Below are positions 27,651 through 37,116 of a stretch of DNA of 64,000 nucleotides, piece by piece. Under the pieces are notes generated by a model that had not been told where the DNA came from, ran no database searches, and worked only from the letters and a program-made list of their open reading frames with translations. The stretch spans positions 32,001 through 96,000 of the forward strand of contig CAVZMH010000022.1 of assembly GCA_963776345.1 (NCBI GenBank). The letters run 5' to 3'. How positions within the stretch are numbered: the first letter of the stretch is position 1; each line of letters starts with the position of its first letter. Both the position numbers and the translations under genes were made by a program. Source of the stretch: an uncultured delta proteobacterium (GTDB lineage Bacteria; Myxococcota; Myxococcia; Myxococcales; Myxococcaceae).

Positions 27651-28676
27651 TCACTCCTCGTCCCTGACCGGTTCGAGGGGCCGCGTCACGATCTGCCAGA
27701 GCTTCAACTTCGCCAGGAAGTCGGGCGACGCGGGATCGGGAAGATCCGGCGGCGGCTCCCTCCTGGAGAAGACGATGGCCGTCTTGCCGAGCAGTTCGTC
27801 CTTGAAGATCGCCACCACCTTCGTGGGGATCCTTCCCATGAGATACGGCTGGTCCTCGAGCACGACGTAGCGCACCTCGGAGACGCCCTCGTCTCCTTCG
27901 ATTGCCGTCCAGACGTTCATACTCACGTCGACCCGCGTGGCCCCGGCGGCAGAGACCTTCTCCATCATCTCCCGCATCTTCTGGGGGTCGGTCTGGGCGA
28001 GTCGCATCATCTCCATGGGATCGATGCTTGTCGCGGCCTTTGCCGCCTGCTCGAGCTCGTCCTTGGTCACCGCCTTCCTTCCGCCCTTCGCGTATGCCGC
28101 CACCACCTTCGCGGGTGCGTCCGCCGACAGGAACCAGGTCCGGTGCGGCCCGCTCGCGAACCACACCGTCTCCGCTCCCGGATAGGCGGTCAGGTCCGGA
28201 GGCAGCTCGTCCTCCCGGTAATCGAGCGCCGCCGCGAAGGCCGACGTCTTCCCTCGATAGGTGCGCTGGAGCATCCGGGAGTATTGCTCACCGGAGAGCT
28301 GGCCGACCGCGCCGATTGCGACCCGCCGCTCCGCTGGGAAGCGGCTCTTCATCGCCGCGACGACCACAGGCTCGTCCTCCTTGGCAAGGCCCTTGCGGAC
28401 GAGCCTCTCGAGCGCCGCGACACGAAGACCGGGTGTCACCGCGTTCGCCGCGACGTTGCGCAGCATCGCCGGATCGAGCTTGAGCCCGGCCTGCTCGAGG
28501 ATCATGAAATCGTAGATGAGGACTGCCTCGGCCTCCCGACGCAGGACCTGACAGGCAGCGGTCTCTTTTCCGGCGCAATCCGATGCGTAGCGCTTCACGG
28601 CGTCGCGTGGGATCGGCTGCGGATGAAAGGCGAGAGGCTGCGTGGCGAGGAAAAGGGCGACGACGAGCTCGATCAT
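27651..28676 (-). CDS. Hypothetical secreted protein (HEAT-like helical N-terminal region)
   Basis: MIELVVALFLATQPLA signal peptide, ATGA overlap with the upstream gene. Confidence 0.7.
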   Translation of the reverse strand: MIELVVALFLATQPLAFHPQPIPRDAVKRYASDCAGKETAACQVLRREAEAVLIYDFMILEQAGLKLDPAMLRNVAANAVTPGLRVAALERLVRKGLAKEDEPVVVAAMKSRFPAERRVAIGAVGQLSGEQYSRMLQRTYRGKTSAFAAALDYREDELPPDLTAYPGAETVWFASGPHRTWFLSADAPAKVVAAYAKGGRKAVTKDELEQAAKAATSIDPMEMMRLAQTDPQKMREMMEKVSAAGATRVDVSMNVWTAIEGDEGVSEVRYVVLEDQPYLMGRIPTKVVAIFKDELLGKTAIVFSRREPPPDLPDPASPDFLAKLKLWQIVTRPLEPVRDEE

Positions 28677-29470
28677 TTGCCGCTCCTGAAGATCGAGGGG
28701 ATTGCCTCGATGTCTTTCTTCGCCTGCTCGATCTCTTCCTTGGTAGGGGGAGGTGCAAGGTTGTCGCGCGAGCAGGTTTCGAGGCCGCACCCCTTCTGCT
28801 TGGCGAGCCGCAGCATCTCCTTCTCTAGCGCTGCGATCCCGGCCTTGTAGGCGCGGACCTCGTCGGCGGCACGGAGCCCCTTGTTCTTCTGGGTGAGCGA
28901 CTTGTCGCTGATGTCCGGGTCCTCCCAAGCCTTCTTGCAGGATTCGTGGTGCGACAGCTCGTGTGCGAGGAGTGACTTGTAGAGAGCGGCGCAGACCTTC
29001 GACTCGAGCCCCTTGGTGTCGATCTTGCAGTCGTTCGTCGACCAGTCCGTGGTCATCGCCTCGCCTTCCACCGGATCGGTGTGTCTTTCCACCTTCTCCA
29101 ACGCGTCATTCGGTTTCCGCTCCCCTTTCTTCTCTCGCTCGGGCGAGTACAACCAGCGCAGGCAGTGAAGGGGCGGTCCACCGCGCTCCTTCGCGTCGCG
29201 CTTGCCCCATTCCTTGGTGAGGTCCTTCACCTGGCTGTCGAGGGCGATTGCGCTCTTCACGACCGGAGCGAGGTTCTCGAAGAGCCACCCATAGCGCTCG
29301 TGGTCGACGATCAGGGTGGCGAACATGCAGGTGTACTCGCAGCCATCGCACTTGGGCGCGTTCGGGGAGGAAGGAGGAGCCGGGTTTGGTGGTTTCTTCG
29401 CCGGTTTCGCGGCGAGCGCCGTCAGGGCGCCGAGCAACGACAAGCCAACCACGAGCGAAGCGAGTCTCAT
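28673..29470 (-). CDS. Secreted Cys-rich putative zinc metallopeptidase
   Basis: Signal peptide MRLASLVVGLSLLG, HELSH motif with downstream DEVRAY, GAGGAGG RBS. Confidence 0.65.
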   Translation of the reverse strand: MRLASLVVGLSLLGALTALAAKPAKKPPNPAPPSSPNAPKCDGCEYTCMFATLIVDHERYGWLFENLAPVVKSAIALDSQVKDLTKEWGKRDAKERGGPPLHCLRWLYSPEREKKGERKPNDALEKVERHTDPVEGEAMTTDWSTNDCKIDTKGLESKVCAALYKSLLAHELSHHESCKKAWEDPDISDKSLTQKNKGLRAADEVRAYKAGIAALEKEMLRLAKQKGCGLETCSRDNLAPPPTKEEIEQAKKDIEAIPSIFRSGK

Positions 29471-30750
29471 CGATCGAGCCTCCTCTTGATCAACCACAGC
29501 GGGACGCTCGCGGCCGACCCGCCCGGGTCCAGGCGAAGCGATTCCTCGAGTGCACGTGCGGCCTCGCGATCCTGCCCCTCGGTCCAGAGCGCGAGTCCGA
29601 GGTTGTTCCAGGCGCGGGCGCGGTCCGGCGCCTTGCGCACAGAGTCGCTCCAGAGCAAGCGCGCGTCCGACCAGACCCTCACCCGCACGGGGACGAAGAC
29701 TGCCCAGGCGCAGAGCAGCGCGGTCGCGGCGACCCATCGCGTCCGTCGCCCTCCGGGCTCAGGCCGCGCCAGCAGCACGCCGAGGAGGATCGAAGGCCCG
29801 ACCCATGCCAGGTAGAGGGGCTTCTCGGTGACGAGGTCGATCTTGGCGATCAGCGAGTTCGTCGGTGCGAGGGCGAGGAGCGGCCACGCCACGCAGAACG
29901 TGACCAGCGGCTCGCGTCGTCGCATGGCGATGGCGCCGGCCACGGCGGCGCCGACGGCGAAGAGGACGAGGGTGGTGAGAAGAAGGCTCTCCGGAGGAGG
30001 ACCGTGGTCGACCGCCAGCGCCCATGGACGGACCCAGAGCGAGATCATCACCCCCGCGCCGCGAAGGGCCGGACCGAGGTTCGCCAGTGGGTCGCGCAGG
30101 TCGAGTGAGAAGGCGAGGAGCTCGCGGTAGCGCGGCGACAGCGCGAGCACGCCGAGGATCACCGCGGCGAGCGCGCCGGCCGCAGGGAGCCACCGGAGCC
30201 CGCTCGCCGGAGAGCGGGTCAGCTCCCGCACGGCGAGGAACGCCGGGAAGACGAGCGCGATCTCCTTCGACAGACACGCAGCGGCGAAGAGGAGGAGGCC
30301 GCTCGCGCGCCGTCCGTCCTCCCAGCGCACCAGGGCCCAGACGAAGAGCGCGGCCATGAGTCCGGTGGAGCGGCCGGTGACGTAGGCGACGACCTCGGCG
30401 TTTGCAGGCTGGAGAGCGAAGATCGCCGCGGCGAGGAAGGCGGCGACCTCGTCCCGCACCAGCCGGCGCGCGAGCGCATGAACGCCGAGGACGGTGGCTG
30501 CGTGAAGTAGGAGATTGGTGAGGAGGAACCCGGCGGGCCGCATCCCCCAGAGGAGATGGTCCAGGAAGTACGAGAGGCGCAGAAGCGGGCGGATTCCGGT
30601 CGATAGCCGCGCGAGCAGCGCGCTGGCGTCGACCGTCGCAGGGTCCGCGACGATGGTCGGGAAGTCGTCGAACTGGAACGAGCCGCCGAGGACTCCGCCC
30701 CACGCGATCGCGGTGAGGACGACCAGCACGAGTCGCGGATTCGCGCGCAC
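29467..30750 (-). CDS. TMTC-like GT-C glycosyltransferase with a C-terminal TPR
   Basis: FQFDD, RPL, NLLLH, F..QP..AEVVAYVTGR, SKE, EK.LYL, W.D...LW...V...P...RAWNNLG. Confidence 0.8.
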   Translation of the reverse strand: MRANPRLVLVVLTAIAWGGVLGGSFQFDDFPTIVADPATVDASALLARLSTGIRPLLRLSYFLDHLLWGMRPAGFLLTNLLLHAATVLGVHALARRLVRDEVAAFLAAAIFALQPANAEVVAYVTGRSTGLMAALFVWALVRWEDGRRASGLLLFAAACLSKEIALVFPAFLAVRELTRSPASGLRWLPAAGALAAVILGVLALSPRYRELLAFSLDLRDPLANLGPALRGAGVMISLWVRPWALAVDHGPPPESLLLTTLVLFAVGAAVAGAIAMRRREPLVTFCVAWPLLALAPTNSLIAKIDLVTEKPLYLAWVGPSILLGVLLARPEPGGRRTRWVAATALLCAWAVFVPVRVRVWSDARLLWSDSVRKAPDRARAWNNLGLALWTEGQDREAARALEESLRLDPGGSAASVPLWLIKRRLDR

Positions 30751-30879
30751 GAGAAGTCCGTCAGGTCGGGACCGGATGCCCCGGTCGAGACTGTGCTCGA
30801 ATTAGACCCAAGGTGCACGCGGGGACAGCCAGCGCATGCCAGCCGGGTGAAAAAGCTCGTCGGCTTCCCACGGGTCCGG

Positions 30880-33800
30880 TCAGCCGACGACCGCGAGCAG
30901 ATCTCCGGCTTGAACGCTGGTCTTCAGCGCCGGGAGCAGCTCCTTCACCGCCCCGGCGCGCGGTGCGCGCACGACGGTCTCCATCTTCATCGCCTCGAGC
31001 GTGACCAGCGGCGCGCCGGCGTCCACCCGGTCCCCCGCCTTGGTGTGCAGCGCGACCACCGTCCCGGGCATCGACGCGCCCACGTGCTCCGGGTTGCCGC
31101 GCTCGGCCTTCCGCGCCTCGGCCACCGCCACCGCGTGCGACCGGTCGCGCACCGAGACCTGCCGGGCGTGCCCGTTGAGCTCGAAGTACACGGTGCGCAT
31201 GCCCTTCTCGTCGGGCCTCCCCACCGCCGCGAGCCCCACCACCAGCGTCTTCCCGGGCTCCAGCTCGACGAAGATCTCCTGGCCCACCTCCAGCCCGTAG
31301 AAGTAGGTGGGCGAGTCGAGGATCGACACGTCCTCGTACCTCGCCTGGGCCTCGAAGTAGTCGGCCATCACCCGCGGGTAGAGCGCCGCGCTGATCGCCT
31401 CGTCCCGCCGGAGCTCCCGTCCTAGCTTGGCCCCCAGCGACTTCTGCAGCCCGGGCAGGTCGAACGGGGGCAGGCTCGCGCTCGCCCGCCCCTCGACCCT
31501 GGGGAGTCCCTTCAGCACCGCCTCGCGCAGCTCTGCCGGGAAGCCGCCCGGCGGCGTGCCCAGCCGGCCCTGGAAGTACTCCACCACGCTCACCGGGAAG
31601 TCGAGCCGGGACGCCTCGGAGAGAAGCCGCACCTGCGTGGCGGCCGCCGACGCCTCCAGGGTCTCCTTGCGCACCATCAGGTCGTTCTTGAGGAGGAAGA
31701 TGGCGAGGTCGCCCACCATCTTCGACGACGGCGTCACCTTCGGGATGTCGCCGGCGAGCAGGTTCACCACCGCGAAGGCGTACTTCACGTCGTTCCACCG
31801 CGGCAGGAGCCCCATCTCCGCGACCTGAGGCCGGAGGTTCGAGTACTGCCCGCCGGGAATCTCGTGGAAGTACACCTCGGAGGTGCTGCTCTTCAGCCCG
31901 CACTCGAACGGGCTGTACACCTCGCGCACGTCCTCCCAGTAGTCGGCCAGCGGCTGCAGCTTCTTGTTGGTCAGCTGCGTGTCGCGCGGATAGCCGCGCT
32001 GGGACGAGACCAGCGCATTCAGGGACGGCTGGCTGGTGAGTCCGGCCATCGGGGCCAGCGCGCAGTCCACGATGTGCACCCCGTGGTCGATCGCCTCGAG
32101 GTACGCGGCGATCCCGTTGCCCGAGGTGTCGTGGGTGTGGAGGTGGATCGGCAGCCGCACCGTCTCCCGCAGCCGGTCCAGCAACATCCCCGCGGCCCGC
32201 GGCCGGAGCAGGCCGGCCATGTCCTTGATGCAGAGGAAGTGCGCGCCCAGGTCCTCGATCCGCCGCGCCAGGTCGGCGTAGTAGTCGAGGTTGTACTTGG
32301 GCCGCTTCTCGTTCGAGACGTCGCCGGTGTAGCACATGGCCACCTCGGCGACCTTCCCGGACTTCCGGATGCGCCGGACCGAGACATCCATCGACTCGAG
32401 GTCATTCAGCGAGTCGAACACCCGGAACACGTCCAGGCCCGCCTCGGCCGCCTCGTCGATGAACGCCTCGACCAGGTTGTCCGGATAGCTGGTGTAGCCG
32501 ACCGCGTTGGCGCCGCGGATCAGCATCTGGAGGAGGAGGTTCGGCACCGCGGCCCGGAGCGCCCGGAGTCGCGCCCAGGGGTCCTCGTTCAGGAAGCGGT
32601 ACGCGGTGTCGAAGGTGGCGCCCCCCCAGCACTCCAGGCTGAACAGCTCGGGGGCCAGCTTCGCCGTCGCCGGGGCGATCTTCAGCAGATCACGGGTCCT
32701 CACCCGCGTGGCGAGCAGGCTCTGGTGCGCGTCGCGCATGGTGGTGTCGGTCACCAGCGTCCGGTTCTGCCGGAGCACCCAGGCCGCCAGCCCGTCCGCC
32801 CCGTGCTCGTCCAGGATCTGCTTCGTCCCCGGCAAGGGCGGACCCTGCGGAACCGGGGGGAGACGCGGCGGCGCGAACTCCACCGAGCGCCGGCGCTGCT
32901 CGGCCTTGATCGTGGGGTGGCCGTTGACGATGACCTCGCCCAGGTACTGGAGCAGCTTGGTGGCGCGGTCCCGCCGCCGCTCCGGCGCGAAGAGCTCCGG
33001 CGCGTCGTCCACCCACCGGGTGAAGGTCTCACCGTTCCGGAAGGTCTCGGTGCCGAGCACGTTCTCCAGGAACGAGAGGTTGGTCTTCACCCCACGGATC
33101 CGGAACTCGCGCAGCGCCCGCAGCCCCTTCTGGATGGCGCCCTCGAAGCTCGGGGCGAAGGCGATGATCTTCACCAGCAGCGAGTCGTAGAACCGGCTGA
33201 TCTGCGCGTTGGGGTAGCCGTTCCCGCCGTCCAGCCGGATGCCGAACCCGGTGGCCGGCCGCCAGGCGAGGATGGTCCCCGCGTCGGGCAGGAAGTTGTT
33301 CGCCGGATCCTCGGTGGTGACCCGGAGCTGGATCGCCGAGCCGCGCGGCACGATGGAGGACTGGTCGGCGATGCCGATCTCCGGATCGGACAGCCGGTGC
33401 CCCTCGGCGATGCGCAGCTGGGCCTGCACCAGGTCGATGCCGGTGATCTGCTCGCTGATGGTGTGCTCCACCTGGAGCCGGGCGTTGACCTCGATGAAGT
33501 AGATGTCCTCGCCCTCGACCAGGAACTCCACCGTGCCGGCGTTGCTGTACTCGGCGGCGCGCATCAGCGTGAGTGCCGCGTCGAACAGCTTCTTTCGCGT
33601 CCGGTCCAGGAGGTTGGGCGCCGGGGCGATCTCGATCAGCTTCTGGTACCGGCGCTGCACCGAGCAGTCCCGCTCGTGCACGTGCACCAGGGTTCCGTGC
33701 TGGTCGCCGAGGACCTGCACCTCGATGTGCCGGACCCGGTCCAGGTACTTTTCCAGGAAGACCGCCGGGCTGCCGAAGGCCAGCTTCGACTCGCTCCGCG

Positions 33801-34374
33801 CCGCGGCGATGGCCGCCTCCATGTCCCCCGCCTGGTGCACCACCCGCATGCCGCGGCCGCCGCCGCCGTGGGCCGCCTTCACCAGCACCGGGCCGTTCTT
33901 CTCGTGGAAGGCGCCGGCCGCTCGCACCACCTCCTCCTCCCGGCCCTCCAGCGTGATGCCGGGCACCACCGGCACCCCCACCCGCTGGGCGAGGCTCTTC
34001 GCCGCGACCTTGTCCCCCATCAGCCGCACCACCGAGGGGCGCGGGCCGATGAAGCGGACGCCGCGCCGCGCGCAGGCCTCGGCGAAGTCGCCGTTCTCCG
34101 AGAGGAACCCGTAGCCGGGATGGATGGCATCGGCCCCGGAGGCCTGCGCGACGTCGAGGATCTCCTCGATGCCGAGGTAGGCCTCGACCGGACGCTTGCC
34201 GCGGCCGACCAGGTACGCCTCGTCGGCCTTGTGCCGGTGCTCGTTGACCCGGTCCTCGTCGCTGTAGATGGCGACGGTCCGAATCCCCAGCTCGTTGCAC
34301 GCCCGGAAGACGCGGATGGCGATCTCCCCGCGGTTCGCGCAGAGGACCTTCTGGAGGGGAACGGGGCGGTTCAT
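30880..34374 (-). CDS. pyc: Pyruvate carboxylase
   Basis: ANRGEIA, HPGYGFLSEN, RDCSVQRR, RDAHQSLLATR, WGGATFD, IKDMAG, HTHD, and biotin motif EAMKM. Confidence 0.97.
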   Translation of the reverse strand: MNRPVPLQKVLCANRGEIAIRVFRACNELGIRTVAIYSDEDRVNEHRHKADEAYLVGRGKRPVEAYLGIEEILDVAQASGADAIHPGYGFLSENGDFAEACARRGVRFIGPRPSVVRLMGDKVAAKSLAQRVGVPVVPGITLEGREEEVVRAAGAFHEKNGPVLVKAAHGGGGRGMRVVHQAGDMEAAIAAARSESKLAFGSPAVFLEKYLDRVRHIEVQVLGDQHGTLVHVHERDCSVQRRYQKLIEIAPAPNLLDRTRKKLFDAALTLMRAAEYSNAGTVEFLVEGEDIYFIEVNARLQVEHTISEQITGIDLVQAQLRIAEGHRLSDPEIGIADQSSIVPRGSAIQLRVTTEDPANNFLPDAGTILAWRPATGFGIRLDGGNGYPNAQISRFYDSLLVKIIAFAPSFEGAIQKGLRALREFRIRGVKTNLSFLENVLGTETFRNGETFTRWVDDAPELFAPERRRDRATKLLQYLGEVIVNGHPTIKAEQRRRSVEFAPPRLPPVPQGPPLPGTKQILDEHGADGLAAWVLRQNRTLVTDTTMRDAHQSLLATRVRTRDLLKIAPATAKLAPELFSLECWGGATFDTAYRFLNEDPWARLRALRAAVPNLLLQMLIRGANAVGYTSYPDNLVEAFIDEAAEAGLDVFRVFDSLNDLESMDVSVRRIRKSGKVAEVAMCYTGDVSNEKRPKYNLDYYADLARRIEDLGAHFLCIKDMAGLLRPRAAGMLLDRLRETVRLPIHLHTHDTSGNGIAAYLEAIDHGVHIVDCALAPMAGLTSQPSLNALVSSQRGYPRDTQLTNKKLQPLADYWEDVREVYSPFECGLKSSTSEVYFHEIPGGQYSNLRPQVAEMGLLPRWNDVKYAFAVVNLLAGDIPKVTPSSKMVGDLAIFLLKNDLMVRKETLEASAAATQVRLLSEASRLDFPVSVVEYFQGRLGTPPGGFPAELREAVLKGLPRVEGRASASLPPFDLPGLQKSLGAKLGRELRRDEAISAALYPRVMADYFEAQARYEDVSILDSPTYFYGLEVGQEIFVELEPGKTLVVGLAAVGRPDEKGMRTVYFELNGHARQVSVRDRSHAVAVAEARKAERGNPEHVGASMPGTVVALHTKAGDRVDAGAPLVTLEAMKMETVVRAPRAGAVKELLPALKTSVQAGDLLAVVG

Positions 34375-34519
34375 GGGGCCGCCCCGAGACTAGGACTTTC
34401 CGTGCAGCCGGGCTGGAGGTCCCGGGTTACCCGCCTGCGCGATGTGGACAGTCGCCCGCGGCGACGTCCAGCAGGGCCCGGATCGGTCCCCGGGCGCGGC
34501 CCTCGGCCGTCCGAATTCC

Positions 34520-34567
34520 CGTGAAGTTTTCGTGAAGTGCGCGGCCCGGCGTGGGACCTAGGTCCCA
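34520..34567. promoter_or_regulatory. Candidate TF sites: tandem direct repeat CGTGAAGT (11-bp period) and perfect 16-bp palindrome TGGGACCTAGGTCCCA
   Basis: Seen directly at 34520-34538 and 34552-34567, in the divergent pyc/pta intergenic region. Confidence 0.55.
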
Positions 34568-34646
34568 TCGGCGCTCCTCCGAGGCGGAGTTACGGTGCCC
34601 ACGGTCGCCGCGGAGTCTCCGGGGCTTCCCGGGTAGGAGCGTCACC

Positions 34647-35589
34647 ATGGAAGCGTCGCACGAGAAGTACGACCAGCTGATCGCCCGCTGCAAGGGGCTC
34701 GCGCCCACGCCGACCGCGGTCGTCCACCCGTGCGACGAATCGTCCCTCAGGGGCGCGGTCGACGCGGCCCGCGTGGGGCTGATCGCGCCGATCCTGGTCG
34801 GGCCCTCGGCGCGCATCCGCGAGGTGGCGTCGAAGGCGGGCATCGACATCTCGAAGTTCCGCATCGTCGAGGCGGCGTTCAGCCAGGAGTCCGCGGCCAA
34901 GGCGGTCGAGCTGGTCCGGAACGCCGAGGCCGAGGCCCTGATGAAGGGCAGCCTCCACACCGACGAGCTGATGGCCGCGGTGGTGAACAAGGAGACGGGC
35001 CTGCGCACCGCGCGCCGGATCAGCCACTGCTTCATCATGGACGTGCCGGGTCACGCCGAACCCGCTGATCATCACCGACGCCGCGGTGAACATCGCCCCG
35101 AGCCTGAAGGACAAGGTCGACATCGTGCAGAACGCGATCGACCTCGCGCACGACCTCGGGGCCGCCGAGGTCCGGGTGGCGATCCTCTCGGCGATGGAGA
35201 CGGTCAACCCCGACGTCCCCTCGACCATCGAGGCCGCCGCGCTCTGCAAGATGGCGGACCGGGGGCAGATCACCGGCGCCCTGGTGGACGGGCCGCTGGC
35301 GCTGGACAACGCCATCAGCCCCGAGGCGGCGAAGATCAAGAAGATCGATTCACCGGTGGCGGGCCGGGCCAACGTCCTGGTGGTGCCGGACCTCGAGGCG
35401 GGCAACATGCTCGCCAAGAGCCTCACCTTCCTCGCCGGCGCCGACGCCGCGGGCATCGTGCTCGGCGCCCGGGTGCCGATCATCCTCACCAGCCGCGCCG
35501 ACTCGCTGGTGGCGCGGCTCGCCTCGTGCGCGGTGGCGACGCTGGTGGCCAACGCGCGGCGGACCAGCACCAAGCGAGCGGTGGGGTGA
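34647..35589 (+). CDS. pta: Phosphate acetyl/butyryltransferase, frameshifted near 35061
   Basis: TAVVHPCD, LMKGSLHTDELM, RRISH, then after a +1 C: ITDAAVNIAP, DGPLALDNA, PDLEAGNML, PIILTSRAD. Confidence 0.85.
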
Positions 35590-35593
35590 CGCC

Positions 35594-36779
35594 ATGGCCC
35601 AGGCCATCCTCGTCCTGAACGCCGGTTCGTCCAGCCTCAAGTTCTCCGTCTTCCTCGCCCGCGGCGCCGAGCTGGAGCTGTGGCTCCGGGGCCAGGCCGA
35701 GGGCCTCTACACCGTCGCCAAAGTTCGTGGCGAAGGACGCGGCGGGGAAGGGCGTCTCCGAGCGGAGCTGGAAGGACGGTGAGTCCATCGGGCACGCGGG
35801 AGCCATCGCCCACCTCATCGAGTTCCTCCGGAGCAGCCGCGGCGACAACCGGCTGGTGGCGATCGGTCACCGCGTGGTCCATGGGGGCATGGAGTACTCC
35901 GAGCCCACCCGGGTGACCCGCGAGGTGGTCCAGAGGCTGGAGAAGTTCGTCCCGCTGGCGCCGCTTCACCAGCCGCACAACCTCGGGCCCATCCGCTACG
36001 TGCTCGAGGAGTTGCCGGCGGTGCCCCAGGTGGCCTGCTTCGACACCGGTTTCCACCGCGTGCAGCCCGAGCTCGCACAGGCCTTCGCGCTGCCCGCGTC
36101 GATCACCGACCGCGGCGTGCGCCGCTACGGGTTCCACGGGCTCTCCTACGAGTACATCGCCAGCGCCCTGCCGAAGATCGATCCGCAGGCGGCCGCCGGC
36201 CGGGTGGTGGTGGCCCACCTCGGGAACGGCGCGAGCATGTGCGGCATCCACGCCGGCAAGAGTGTGGCCAGCACCATGGGGTTCACCGCGGTGGATGGGC
36301 TGCCGATGGGCACCCGCTCGGGCGCGCTCGATCCCGGGGTGATGCTCTACCTGCTCGACGAGCTGAAGATGGACGCCCGGGCCATCGAGAAGCTCATCTA
36401 CCAGGAGTCCGGCCTGCTCGGCGTCTCGGGCATCTCCAGCGACATGCGCGCGCTGCTGGCAAGCGATGCACCGCGCGCCCGGCTCGCCGTGGACCTGTTC
36501 GTCTACCGCATCGGCCGGGAGCTCGGCTCGCTCGCCGCGGCGCTCGGCGGGCTGGACGCGCTGGTCTTCACCGGGGGCATCGGGGAGCACGCGGTGCCGA
36601 TCCGCGAACGGGTGTGCCAGCGCGCGGAGTGGCTCGGCATCTCGCTCGATCCGCAGGCCAACGCCGCCGGCGGCCCGCGCATCAGCCTCGCCCGTAGCCG
36701 GTTGCCCGCCTACGTCATTCCCACCAACGAGGAGCTGATGATCGCGCGCCACACCCGGCGCCTGATCCTCGACTCCTGA
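35594..36779 (+). CDS. ackA: Acetate/propionate kinase, frameshifted near 35713
   Basis: LNAGSSSLK, GHRVVHGG, APLHQP, FDTGFH, YGFHGLS, HLGNG, FTGGIGE, PTNEE. Confidence 0.9.
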
Positions 36780-36790
36780 GAGGGCAGGCC

Positions 36791-36868
36791 ATGGACGCCA
36801 AGGCCAAGAAGCCCCAGGCCTGGCGGGGATTCGTGCCCGGCGCGGGCGTGCAGGTGGCCGTGACCTGA
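36791..36868 (+). pseudogene. 25-codon ORF, possible N-terminal remnant of pyruvate formate-lyase
   Basis: MDAKAKKPQAWRGFVPG resembles the PflB N-terminal W.GF..G motif. It lies directly after ackA with a purine-rich RBS. Confidence 0.4.
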
Positions 36869-36878
36869 AGTGCCGAAA

Positions 36879-36956
36879 GGCCGCCGCCAGTCCCCCCGGC
36901 GGTGGCCCCCCCGGTTGGTGCGCTCTCCCCAGGCCGCACCGCCGGGGGTTTTTCTT
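36879..36956 (+). terminator. Double hairpin with C-rich loops ending in an intrinsic terminator (possible sRNA)
   Basis: Stem 36879-36907 with loop AGTCCCCCC. Stem 36908-36948 with loop CTCTCCCCAGGC, followed by TTTTTCTT. Confidence 0.7.
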
Positions 36957-37116
36957 GGCTGCTCGGACTCGCCGCCCCGTCTTTCCGCGGGTTTCGAGGT
37001 GTCTGACACCTCCGCGCGGCCTCCGCGCGACGCTCGCGGCCCACGGCTGCACCCGCCGGGAAGATCTCCCGCCTGGACGACAAGTTCCACGGATGGGGCA
37101 GTCGAGGAGCCGGGCC

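Noticed and set aside
36821..36836. Possible sigma-54 promoter TGGC...GTGC upstream of the hairpins
   Set aside because: GG-to-GC spacing is 11 nt, not the required 10.
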